Notes: generated from the letters alone by a model not told the origin. 32,000 bases of DNA from Erysipelotrichaceae bacterium (GCA_963676105.1 OY781039.1:1140001-1172000); one strand, 5' to 3'; counted from the first letter of the stretch, positions 10,367 through 19,807 are shown. Numbers and translations are program-made.

Positions 10367-11994
10367 TATGAATACAACTTTCTGTATTCAGATGGTTTAA
10401 TTCCGGTAACTTTTCTAAATAATTTTGAAAAATATTTTTGATCTGGATAGCCCACTCGTGCAGATATTTCTTTAACAGACTCTGCTGTTTCAGCTAAAAG
10501 TTTTTTTGATTTCTCAATACGATATTCCGCCAGGTACTCTGCATAACCTTTACCAAGTTCATTTTTAAATAATTTAGAAAAATAATTTGGAGATAACCCC
10601 ACATGATCAGCAACATCTTCAAGCGTAATAGCTTCGGCATAGTGAGACTCAATAAATTGAATAGCTTTTTCAGTGGGTAAGATATGTACTTGCTTTTGTT
10701 CAAGCAAATAAGTTTCAAAATGATTTTCAATAACTTTTAAGGTTGATCGAATAAAATCCACAAAACTATAGGTATGAGTTGAACTCCACCACCCCTCTAA
10801 CTTTTGTCTTTCAATCTCATCTGAGTTTGCAATGAAGAGTGAGAGAATAGCATCAAGTAAATACTGTTGGAAATCAATCATGGAACCTGGATTTGCACTT
10901 TGGTATTTTTCACATCGACGGATAATCTCTTGATGAATATCATAGATTGTATTTACCTTTAGATATTCATAAGCGTCTTTCAATTGTTCAATTATTTTAT
11001 CGCCAAGTATCTCTTGTGCTGAAAAACTAGGTAAATTTTCAATCATATCGTACGAAATAATTTTGTTTGCACCATAAATAAACTTTGCAGATTCAGCGAA
11101 AATAGCCTCGTCCATAAGGTGGATTATATCGTTTAAATCCAAACTTTGATTACTATAACCAAAGGCTAAATCAAAATCATCAAAAATCTCAGTTAGATTA
11201 CGTATTGAATAATAAATATTCGAAATAATCTGGTTAATATTCGAATCATAATTAGATACGTAATTTACTAAGATAAATATTCCATTTCGACTATAGTGAT
11301 AAATTAGATTTAAATCTTTTGATTCAATACCTTTTAAAATAATTCCTAATTTTTCTCTAAATAAAGAATTTTGGTCCAGTAAGTGATCAATACTGGTTTG
11401 AATATAAATCATTCGATAAGCATTCTCTTCAAATGATTTTGGTAAAATATCAAGAAACAAATTTAGATTAAAAGATCGATGTTGGATTGTACTCATAAAT
11501 AATTGATTAAAAAAATCACTATATTTAATATTATTATATTTATCAAAATATTCATCACGCTCAGATTTGATAATGGTTGTAGATTTTTTATCTTTTATAA
11601 TCTGAATAGATTTATTGATAGCTTCATTCAGTTGAATCTCATCAATAGGTTTTAGAATATAATCCACAACACCATACTGCATAGCGCTTTTCGCATATTC
11701 AAAATGCTTATAACCACTTACAATAATAAAAGAACTCTCAATATTATGCTTTTGACACTGTTCAATTAAGGCTAAACCATCATAACCCGGCATTTTGATA
11801 TCGGTTATGACGATATCTGGTTTATTAGCAATGATACTTTCAAGCGCATCTATTCCGTTATAACAAACATCAACGATTTCAATATTGTGTTGATCCCAAT
11901 GACCAAGAAGACGAACTAAGTCCGCCATTCTCCTTTCATCTTCAGCAATGATACATTTATACTGTTTAGCCATTTTACACCTCACAAACAACAC
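10366..11994 (-). CDS. Response regulator with C-terminal AraC-type HTH (YesN-like)
   Basis: 542 aa. N-terminal receiver (IIAEDE...DIVITDIKMPGYDG...KP) and C-terminal AraC signature (...LSPNYFSKLFK...GYPDQKYFSKLFRK). The true start is probably the MAKQYK methionine at 11973. Confidence 0.85.
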   Translation of the reverse strand: MLFVRCKMAKQYKCIIAEDERRMADLVRLLGHWDQHNIEIVDVCYNGIDALESIIANKPDIVITDIKMPGYDGLALIEQCQKHNIESSFIIVSGYKHFEYAKSAMQYGVVDYILKPIDEIQLNEAINKSIQIIKDKKSTTIIKSERDEYFDKYNNIKYSDFFNQLFMSTIQHRSFNLNLFLDILPKSFEENAYRMIYIQTSIDHLLDQNSLFREKLGIILKGIESKDLNLIYHYSRNGIFILVNYVSNYDSNINQIISNIYYSIRNLTEIFDDFDLAFGYSNQSLDLNDIIHLMDEAIFAESAKFIYGANKIISYDMIENLPSFSAQEILGDKIIEQLKDAYEYLKVNTIYDIHQEIIRRCEKYQSANPGSMIDFQQYLLDAILSLFIANSDEIERQKLEGWWSSTHTYSFVDFIRSTLKVIENHFETYLLEQKQVHILPTEKAIQFIESHYAEAITLEDVADHVGLSPNYFSKLFKNELGKGYAEYLAEYRIEKSKKLLAETAESVKEISARVGYPDQKYFSKLFRKVTGIKPSEYRKLYS

Positions 11995-12000
11995 ATAAGA

Positions 12001-12882
12001 TTAATCGATAAAATACTGTGCAATATCTTTAAGTGCTTCATCCGTTTCTGGTGAAGGAAATAAAGTAAACACATGAAATAAACCTTCCCACTCTTTTAAT
12101 TTTACATCTACGTCAGCCTCTTTACATTTATTGTAAATGAGAATTGCATCATCATATAAAACTTCTTCAGTTCCTACATGAATATAGAGTGGCGGAAAAT
12201 CTTTAAAATCGCCATAAGCGGGTGAAACATAAGGTGAATTAAAATCACTACCTTCATAATAAGGTACGACAGATTCAATGGTTATCATTGGATCACGTTC
12301 ATTACGTTCAGTATGTGACGCTAAATCTAAATTCTGACCAGCAACTGGAGAAAATACACATGTTTTACCAGGACATTCGATTCCATGATCCTTTAAATAT
12401 AGATTAGTTGTTAAAACTAACATAGCTCCAGCTGATTCACCAAACATATAAATATTCTTGGCATCATAACCTTCATTTAGTAAATACTGATAGGCATTCA
12501 CACAATCATTTAATCCTTGAGGGTGCTTTGCTTCTGGCCATTGTCCGTAATCAACAGAATATGCATCCATCTTTGCATTCTTCATTAAATCCATAAACAT
12601 CTTGCGTCGCGACATTACACTTCCAATAGAAAATCCACCACCATGAATAAAAAGAATAATTTTCTCTTTGTTTTTTGTGCCTTTTAAGTGGTAGAATTCA
12701 CCTTTTGTCAAATCATTATCAATGACTTCGATATCAATTAATTCATCTGTATAAGTACCAATCTTTTCATCAATTGATTGACGAGTTACTACAGCTGACT
12801 CGGGTGTTGTCTCTTGTCCTTGGTTTGCCTTTTTTTCATTGGCTAACATTTCGATAAACATTTTTATTTCTTTACTTAACAT
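12001..12882 (-). CDS. Alpha/beta hydrolase, HSL-type esterase
   Basis: 293 aa. Oxyanion-hole HGGGF and nucleophile elbow GESAG motifs. Confidence 0.75.
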   Translation of the reverse strand: MLSKEIKMFIEMLANEKKANQGQETTPESAVVTRQSIDEKIGTYTDELIDIEVIDNDLTKGEFYHLKGTKNKEKIILFIHGGGFSIGSVMSRRKMFMDLMKNAKMDAYSVDYGQWPEAKHPQGLNDCVNAYQYLLNEGYDAKNIYMFGESAGAMLVLTTNLYLKDHGIECPGKTCVFSPVAGQNLDLASHTERNERDPMITIESVVPYYEGSDFNSPYVSPAYGDFKDFPPLYIHVGTEEVLYDDAILIYNKCKEADVDVKLKEWEGLFHVFTLFPSPETDEALKDIAQYFID

Positions 12883-12995
12883 ATTTTGTCTCCTTAAAAG
12901 TGTCTTATTTTATGAATTGTTTTAATATTTTATGATTTGCTTTAATTCTATATTAATTCTATTTCCATCAAATGGATATATGATAGAGTGAAGTT

Positions 12996-13898
12996 ATGAA
13001 AACATACTTAGTTATTGATGTTGGTGGCACTGCCATCAAATATGCTCGCATGAATGAGCAAGCAAAAATTTTAAGCAAAGGGGAAATCGCAACACCACAC
13101 ACTAGTTTAGATGACTTTGTTGATGCTATCGCAAATCTATACAAGCAAAACAATGATGTTGATGGTATCGCAATGAGTGCACCAGGTCGTATTGATGCAG
13201 AAACTGGCTACATGTACACAGGAGGCGCAATTGAATTTAATCGAGAAGTGGCCATGAGCGATTTAATCAGGGCCAAAGTTGGTGTAGAAGTGACTATTGA
13301 TAATGATGCCAAATGCGCAGCGAATGCAGAGGTTTGGAAAGGATCTCTTAAAGATGTTAAATGTGGAATGGTCTTAACCATCGGAACAGGTATTGGTGGT
13401 GCAGTTATCATTGATGGAAGAGTACATCGAGGCCATAATTTCACCTCTGGTGAAGTATCATTCTTACCTGTAACTCTTTTACCTGATGGTCATCCCCTTA
13501 AAATTTGGGCCATGATAAATTCTACTGGTAACTTAATTGAAAACTATGCAAAAGTTAAAAATTTAGATGTTAGTGATGTTAATGGAAAAATCTTCTTTGA
13601 TGCAATTCAAGATAAAGATGTTGAAGCAATCAAAATTCTAGATGATTTTGCTGAAAGTTTTGCGATTGGTTTGTTTACTATTCAAACATTAATTGACACA
13701 GAAACAATTGCGATAGGTGGTGGCATTTCTGCTCAACCTATCTTAATTGAAACCTTGAATAAAAAGACTGATGAACTCTTTGAGAGCCTTAACTGGGCTC
13801 CTCAGAAGAGAATGAACATTGTACCTTGTCAATTTGGTAATGATAGTAATCTTATTGGAGCACTTTATCATCATCTAAATACAATTCATAAACATTAA
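12996..13898 (+). CDS. ROK family sugar kinase
   Basis: 300 aa. N-terminal LVIDVGGTAIKYA ATP-binding motif and central DNDAKCAA and GTGIGGA motifs typical of ROK kinases. Confidence 0.8.
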   Translation: MKTYLVIDVGGTAIKYARMNEQAKILSKGEIATPHTSLDDFVDAIANLYKQNNDVDGIAMSAPGRIDAETGYMYTGGAIEFNREVAMSDLIRAKVGVEVTIDNDAKCAANAEVWKGSLKDVKCGMVLTIGTGIGGAVIIDGRVHRGHNFTSGEVSFLPVTLLPDGHPLKIWAMINSTGNLIENYAKVKNLDVSDVNGKIFFDAIQDKDVEAIKILDDFAESFAIGLFTIQTLIDTETIAIGGGISAQPILIETLNKKTDELFESLNWAPQKRMNIVPCQFGNDSNLIGALYHHLNTIHKH

Positions 13899-13925
13899 GT
13901 AGATTGTTATCAATCTACTTTTTTA
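13898..13925 (+). terminator. Rho-independent terminator between convergent genes
   Basis: AGTAGATTG-ttat-CAATCTACT followed by TTTTTT. It overlaps the 3' end of the convergent MBL gene. Confidence 0.7.
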
Positions 13926-14741
13926 TTTAATGCGATTAATATCATAGACAATATTGCCAAATTTTCCATCAAGCCGTGACATATCAGAGTTAATTGCCTT
14001 GGCAATATGTACCGTTCGTCCCATAAATTGAAATGGTATATTATCCACGTTGTTTGCGATTATATCATCACATAGATTAATCACATCATCCAGGCATGTT
14101 TTTGGTGCATCCCCACTGCCATGAAATAAATATGCTTTATCCCACATGGATTCAAATTTTTTAATTCTTAGAAGGTTGTTTTTATAGTCAGTTAATGTAG
14201 GACAATCTTCATCAAACATAAATGTAAAGTTATTACAGTCATCACCAAAGATGATGGTTCTTTCTTCTTTTATAACTAACATCACACTGCCTAAAGTATG
14301 ACCAGGGCATTCTAGAACTTGGATATTTATACCACCTAAATCGAAAATTTGATTGTCATTTAAATCCTTAAATTTAAGTTCTTTTACTGCTGCGAAATCT
14401 TTTGGATCATACTCAATACTCATAGAATCAAGATAACCTTTTCGCATTGAATGTTGTACATGAATTTGATATAAGTTCTTATCTTTTTTAGAAAGATAAA
14501 CATCTTTGAAAAAAGATACACCGCCAACATGATCTAAGTGACCATGCGTCAAAATAACAGTAATTGGTAGTGATGTTAAGCCTTTGATATAAGTTTCTAA
14601 ATCCCCTAAACCTATACCAGTATCAATTAGTGCAGCTCTATTATCTCCTTCAATCAAGTACATATATTCACCAGATATCGATTGAATTCTAGTAATTGAA
14701 TTAGTAATTTTATTTGATTTAAAATAGTTTGGTGATTTCAT
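13923..14741 (-). CDS. MBL-fold metallo-hydrolase
   Basis: 272 aa with the HxHxDH motif (THGHLDHVGG). Confidence 0.8.
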   Translation of the reverse strand: MKSPNYFKSNKITNSITRIQSISGEYMYLIEGDNRAALIDTGIGLGDLETYIKGLTSLPITVILTHGHLDHVGGVSFFKDVYLSKKDKNLYQIHVQHSMRKGYLDSMSIEYDPKDFAAVKELKFKDLNDNQIFDLGGINIQVLECPGHTLGSVMLVIKEERTIIFGDDCNNFTFMFDEDCPTLTDYKNNLLRIKKFESMWDKAYLFHGSGDAPKTCLDDVINLCDDIIANNVDNIPFQFMGRTVHIAKAINSDMSRLDGKFGNIVYDINRIK

Positions 14742-14790
14742 ATCTTCTATCCTTTATTTATCATCAATTATACGTTAAAGATAAAATGAT

Positions 14791-14819
14791 AAAAATCCCT
14801 TACTTAAAAAGGGATTTAA
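14791..14819 (-). terminator. Terminator after the oxidoreductase gene
   Basis: The minus strand reads AAATCCCTT-loop-AAGGGATTT followed by TTATCATTTT. Confidence 0.55.
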
Positions 14820-14822
14820 TAT

Positions 14823-16784
14823 TTATATATCTAAAGCAGCGTGATGTCCTTGATACATCGCGGTTGTAATGGTCGAAACTCGATTACAGTCACCAATCAC
14901 TTTTACTATTGGTGCAACATCTAACATTTCATCAACGACTTTTCGATTTGCGCGTTGACCTAGTGCACAAATCACTGTTTCACCAGCAACAAGAACTTTA
15001 TCACCATTTAGATTCTCAACTACAACACCTTCAGCGCTAACATTTAAACCTTTGTGATTCAAGAAAACATTAATGCCATATTTTTCAATCTCAGCTAAGA
15101 GTAATGGACGATGGCGAATATTCGCATCAGGGGATAACTTATCTCTCATTTCTACAAGACTTACCTGTTTACCTTCTTGCGCAAAATTTATAGCTGCTTC
15201 ACAGCCTGCTAAACCACCACCTAGTACAACAACAGTATCCTTTACTTGATCAGCTTGTAAATGCAGATTATTTACAATAATGACATTATCGCCATCAATT
15301 CCAGGGAGTGGTGGTACAAGCGGAGTCGAGCCAGATGCGACAATCACAACATCTGCATTTTCCTTCTCTGCATACACTTTTGTCACTTCTGTATTGAGTC
15401 TTACATCAACGCCTTCAGCTTCAACTAGTTTACCTAAGCTTACACCTAAGTTATACATATCCATTTTGAAAGGAATGGCTTGTTCGCCAATTAGAATGCC
15501 ACCTACTTCGTCGTTCTTTTCGCAAAGCACAACTTCATGCCCTCGCTTTGCCGCAACAAGTGCTGCTTGTAATCCACCAGGACCTGCCCCAACAACAAGG
15601 ACTTTCTTTTTATTACGCGCTGGTAAAATTTCAAGTCCGTCAATCTCACGGCCGATCATTGGATTAACCGTACAACGTCTTGTACCATTTTCAGCACGTT
15701 CAGCCATACAAACAAAACATCTTAAACATTTAATGATTTTTTCTTCTTCACCAATCATAACTTTAGTAGGTAATTCAGGATCCGCTAATAATGCTCGAGC
15801 CATTTCAACGATGTCAGCTTTACCAGATGCGATGATTTCTTCCATTTTTTCAGGATCATTAAGACCACCTACAGTAGCAACTGGTACACTCACATTTTTC
15901 TTAATTTCTGCGGCTAAGTAAACGTTTGGTCCATGTTCTAAAAACATCGATGGATGAGTTACACCAAATCCTTTTTGATAAGTACCTGCTGAAACATGTA
16001 ATAAATCAATCTTGCTTTCAACAATTTTAGCAATTTCAACACCTTCTGCTAAATCATACCCACCATCAAATAATTCTGAACCACTCATTCTAAATTCGAT
16101 TGGAAAACCTGGACCAACAGCAGCACGTATACTATCTAAAACTTCACAAACGAAACGTGTTCTATTTTCTAGTGTTCCGCCATATTTATCGGTTCTTTTA
16201 TTAAAGAATGGTGACAGGAATTGATTGATTAGCCAACCGTGACCACCATGAACCATGACCATTTCAAAGCCAGCTTTTTTAGCTAAAGCTGCTTTTTCGC
16301 CATAAGCTTCTACAATTTTTGAAATAAGATCTTGTGTTAATTCTTTAACTTCACGACCATCAGGTCTCACACCAGCACTTGGACCCCATTGAGCTAGACT
16401 TCCTTTTTTATCTTTGTCTACTAAATAAGTACCTGCATATTGTCCAGAGTGAGATAACTCAACACTCGCAATCGCACCATGACGTCTTATCGCATCTGCA
16501 GTATATGTAAAACTTGCTAATGAATCTACGGTTTGTAAATCTAAGTGATACATATGTGATGCTTCTGTTTTTGGATGAACAACAAGTTCACTAACTGTTA
16601 CACTTGCGACGCCACCTTTTGCACGATTTTCATAGAATGCTGTAGATTTAGGACCAATGGTACAATCCTTTGTAATATCGGTTCCACCCATTGGTGCACC
16701 AAACATTCTATTTCTAAAATGCACATTACCAATTTGAATTGGTTTACTTAAATTTGGGAATTTTCTTTCCATAATGATCTCCAT
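14823..16784 (-). CDS. Enoate reductase / 2,4-dienoyl-CoA reductase-like flavoenzyme (OYE FMN domain + 4Fe-4S + FAD/NAD(P) domain)
   Basis: 653 aa. N-terminal OYE-like TIM-barrel sequence, cysteine cluster CLRCFVC...C, then two Rossmann GxGxxG motifs (VVGAGPGG, VLGGGLAG). Confidence 0.8.
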   Translation of the reverse strand: MEIIMERKFPNLSKPIQIGNVHFRNRMFGAPMGGTDITKDCTIGPKSTAFYENRAKGGVASVTVSELVVHPKTEASHMYHLDLQTVDSLASFTYTADAIRRHGAIASVELSHSGQYAGTYLVDKDKKGSLAQWGPSAGVRPDGREVKELTQDLISKIVEAYGEKAALAKKAGFEMVMVHGGHGWLINQFLSPFFNKRTDKYGGTLENRTRFVCEVLDSIRAAVGPGFPIEFRMSGSELFDGGYDLAEGVEIAKIVESKIDLLHVSAGTYQKGFGVTHPSMFLEHGPNVYLAAEIKKNVSVPVATVGGLNDPEKMEEIIASGKADIVEMARALLADPELPTKVMIGEEEKIIKCLRCFVCMAERAENGTRRCTVNPMIGREIDGLEILPARNKKKVLVVGAGPGGLQAALVAAKRGHEVVLCEKNDEVGGILIGEQAIPFKMDMYNLGVSLGKLVEAEGVDVRLNTEVTKVYAEKENADVVIVASGSTPLVPPLPGIDGDNVIIVNNLHLQADQVKDTVVVLGGGLAGCEAAINFAQEGKQVSLVEMRDKLSPDANIRHRPLLLAEIEKYGINVFLNHKGLNVSAEGVVVENLNGDKVLVAGETVICALGQRANRKVVDEMLDVAPIVKVIGDCNRVSTITTAMYQGHHAALDI

Positions 16785-16842
16785 TCTTATAGTGAATAAA
16801 GCTATTAATGATTAAATATCATAATAGCTTGTTGAATATAAA

Positions 16843-18099
16843 TTAATTAGCTGTTGCTAAAGTTTTAGCTTCAATACCTTTTCTTAAAAATTTATAGACA
16901 AAGGTTAATGCAAAACCTGCTGTTGAGAAGGCAATCGCAATAATGAATCCCATATTGTAGCTGCCTGTAGAACCAAATACATTGTTCAAGATAGTTGGGC
17001 CAAAATATCCAGCAACTGCAAATCCAATGAACATAACTCCAAAGTTAACACTGTTGTTTTTTGGACCAAATTGATCAGCTGTAAATCCTGGGAAAACACC
17101 CATAAATGACCCAAAACAAATACCAACAATTGAAATACCAGCATAGAATAATACAACATCACCTGTACCTGCTAGATAAAGACAAGCTAAACCAATAATT
17201 GATAATACGCATGAGATAGCTAGTGTATTAATACGACCAAGAATGTCTGAGATTGAACCTGCAAGGACACGACCTAAAACATTAAATAATGCTAAAGTAG
17301 AAACCGCTGCAGTAGCACCAGCAACATCCATTCCAACCATATTAATCGCAATTGGAGAAATCATTGGAATAAACATTAATGCTGCAAAAGCACCACATGT
17401 TAATAAGATAATCATTGGATAGAAAATAGGAGATGCCAACATTTCTCTCCATTCTAAATTTGCAATAACGGACTTTGTAGTTTGTGCAGGAGGTGTCCAA
17501 CCTTCTGGAATAAAACCATCTGGACATTTATCCATAAAAAATGAACTAACACTAATAACAACCGCAAATACAGCTCCAATAATTTTAAAGGCTGTAATCG
17601 CATCTGTAGCGGCAATAATCGCTGCTGCAATTGGAGGGATAATGACTGAACTAATCCCAAATGTTGCTGTTGTTAATCCACCAACTAAACCTCTTTTATC
17701 TGGGAAAAATTTAATTGAAGTACTAATCGTAGCTCCATAAACCATGCCAAGACCTAAACCTAAAAGTAAACTATAACTGAAAATTAAGAAGCCAATGCTT
17801 TGCGCATACCCTGATAGGAACATACCACCACCAAACATTAGACCTCCGATTAAAATGACATTTTTTGGTCCTAAACGATCGTTTATAGTACCACCAGCAA
17901 TCATTGTAATTGGTCCAACTGAATTCGCAATAATAAATACAATTGATAAATCTCTTGGTGTTAATGTTGTACCCGTTAACTCACTTAAGTAAGCTGACAT
18001 AGGACCAGCAAGTACACTCCATGCATATAGAGAACCAATGCATAGATTAATGAAACAAGCAGCGGTTAACACTAACCATCTTCTCTTTGAATAATTCAT
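16843..18099 (-). CDS. MFS transporter (oxalate/formate-antiporter-like subfamily, tentative)
   Basis: 418 aa with about 12 hydrophobic segments. Immediately upstream of, and co-oriented with, the reductase. Confidence 0.8.
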   Translation of the reverse strand: MNYSKRRWLVLTAACFINLCIGSLYAWSVLAGPMSAYLSELTGTTLTPRDLSIVFIIANSVGPITMIAGGTINDRLGPKNVILIGGLMFGGGMFLSGYAQSIGFLIFSYSLLLGLGLGMVYGATISTSIKFFPDKRGLVGGLTTATFGISSVIIPPIAAAIIAATDAITAFKIIGAVFAVVISVSSFFMDKCPDGFIPEGWTPPAQTTKSVIANLEWREMLASPIFYPMIILLTCGAFAALMFIPMISPIAINMVGMDVAGATAAVSTLALFNVLGRVLAGSISDILGRINTLAISCVLSIIGLACLYLAGTGDVVLFYAGISIVGICFGSFMGVFPGFTADQFGPKNNSVNFGVMFIGFAVAGYFGPTILNNVFGSTGSYNMGFIIAIAFSTAGFALTFVYKFLRKGIEAKTLATAN

Positions 18100-18199
18100 G
18101 TAATCCTCCTTAATATTTAGACACGAATATCTATACCCTTCTATTTGTTAAATCATTAACAAAGGGCTTCGTTTAATGTTATATCACAGTATTCCATAC

Positions 18200-18215
18200 A
18201 TGTCTAGTATTACAT
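18200..18215. promoter_or_regulatory. Candidate PadR operator (ATGT-N8-ACAT dyad)
   Basis: ATGTctagtattACAT sits in the divergent MFS/PadR intergenic region, and a third ACATGT lies at 18240-18245. The dyad matches the motif reported for PadR-type operators. Confidence 0.5.
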
Positions 18216-18282
18216 GTTTATTATTATAGGTATTTGTTTACATGTTATTAACACTATATAATAATTAAAGTAAATAGAGGGC

Positions 18283-18840
18283 TTGAAAATGAGGGCATTA
18301 AAATACGCAATACTAGGATTACTTAATCGAGAATCCATGACTGGTTATGAATTATCTAAAGTTTTTAACCATGAGTTAAAAGAATTTTGGTATGCAAGTC
18401 ATAGTCAAATATATCCAGAACTAAAAAAACTAAATGAAGAAGGTGAAGTTACTTTTGACGTTCAAATTAGTGGTGACATCTTAGAAACTAAAAGATACAC
18501 CATAACAGAATCTGGGCGGAATGACTTTATTAAGTGGTTATACAAAGATGAAACCATTCAGAAAACACCTAAAGATCCTTTTAGACTTCGCATGTACTTT
18601 GCACATCACTTAGATTGTAAAGCGCGGATTCATTTGCTAGAAAATCAAAAAATGCAACACACAAAAAGATTGAACAGTCTTAATAAAACGATGGAACAAT
18701 ACCCAGAAGTTCCGAATGTTGAAACTGATCGATTTGGAGATTTCCTTGTGTTACGAGGTGCAATTATGCGAGAAGAACAAACCATTAATTGGTTAAATGA
18801 ATGCATGAGTTATTGCGAAAGTGCAATTGAAAAAATATAA
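18283..18840 (+). CDS. PadR family transcriptional regulator
   Basis: 185 aa. N-terminal winged-helix LKYAILGLLNRESMTGYELSK. The track start is TTG; ATG at 18289 is better spaced from the AGAGGG RBS. Confidence 0.8.
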   Translation: MKMRALKYAILGLLNRESMTGYELSKVFNHELKEFWYASHSQIYPELKKLNEEGEVTFDVQISGDILETKRYTITESGRNDFIKWLYKDETIQKTPKDPFRLRMYFAHHLDCKARIHLLENQKMQHTKRLNSLNKTMEQYPEVPNVETDRFGDFLVLRGAIMREEQTINWLNECMSYCESAIEKI

Positions 18841-18843
18841 AAA

Positions 18844-18871
18844 GCATAGAGATGCCCGTCTCTATGCTTTT
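18844..18871 (+). terminator. Rho-independent terminator of the PadR gene
   Basis: GCATAGAGA-tgcccg-TCTCTATGC followed by TTTT, 4 nt after the stop codon. Confidence 0.8.
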
Positions 18872-19034
18872 AATTTATAATCTTGAGATATGAATGGTTA
18901 GTGTGTTACAAGTATAATTTATGTTGTAAGTATCTCAAAATTCACTCATATCTTAACAAAGACCTTTTTCAAAGTCTTAAAACAATCAATCATTTACCGC
19001 AATTCAATTGAATGTGTATGAAATGATATTTCAC

Positions 19035-19807
19035 TTAGATCCAACCGAATTTCTTACAGGCGTTGTAAATACCATGGTTAACATTATCTTCCGTGACATA
19101 ATCTGCCTTCTCTTTTAAGATATCAACCGCATTTCCCATCGCAATACTGGTCCATCGCTTATCAAACATAACAAGGTCATTATAGTCGTCCCCAAAAACT
19201 ACCATATCTTTAATATCACCATTTAAATGTTCAATCATGTTTTCAATACCACGATGTTTTTCATCATACTGGAAAATAAGATATTCCGGTCTAAATCTAA
19301 GATGGCCGAAACTTTGAATGGTGTTAACTTTATATTCATCTTCTTTTGAAACACTTAAATAAACTTTAAAGATTTCTGATAATGATTCATAATCCAAATT
19401 TGGATCAATGATATATTCTGTAGGTTCTTGTCTTTCTCCTACTTGCTCTCTAAATAAATCATTTTTTGAATAAACCTTAATAGAATTCTAACATAACGAG
19501 AACACCAATATCATTTGCTTCTGCTTCTCTTATTAATGCTTTTGCCTTCTATAAATCGAGTGGGATATTCTCAACAAGTTTGCCATCAATGACTAAACCA
19601 CCGACACCACAACAAACCATGTTGTGAAGATTGATTTCATCTAAAATCCAACGTGCCTTTTAATGAGCACGGCCTGTCGCGATTTCAACAAAATGTCCCT
19701 AATCCTCAAGTTCTCTTTAAGCACTTAAAGCTGAAGGAACCACTTTGTTTGTTTTGATATCAGTTAAGGTTCCATCAATATAAAAAAGGAAATATTTTTT
19801 ATTCATA
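19035..19807 (-). pseudogene. Cof-type HAD phosphatase pseudogene
   Basis: Minus-strand translation from ATG 19807 gives MNKKYFLFYIDGTLTD (HAD motif I), then ...SALSA*RELED*GHFVEIATGRAH*KARW...LDL*KAKAL...LEFY*. That is five in-frame TAA/TAG codons, followed by a +1 frame change near 19480-19500 into the frame of the 120-aa track ORF (…VVFGDDYNDLVMF… = HAD motif IV). Confidence 0.8.

Noticed and set aside
15280-15921. 213-aa plus-strand ORF (Ser/Pro/Thr/Ala-rich).
   Set aside because: It lies entirely antisense within the well-supported 653-aa reductase gene. Its composition is typical of the antisense frame of a relatively GC-richer gene, and it has no RBS or recognisable motif.
16785-16842. 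Near-perfect 13-14 bp palindrome (AAGCTATTAATGAT...ATCATAATAGCTT) between the MFS and reductase genes, as a regulatory site.
   Set aside because: It could equally be an intercistronic stem-loop, and it has one indel in the stem. No second copy or known motif supports a specific call.
19035-19807. In-frame TAA/TAG codons in the HAD gene as evidence for stop-codon recoding or an alternative genetic code.
   Set aside because: All neighbouring genes terminate at TAA or TAG at the expected lengths, and this gene also carries a frameshift. A pseudogene is the simpler explanation.
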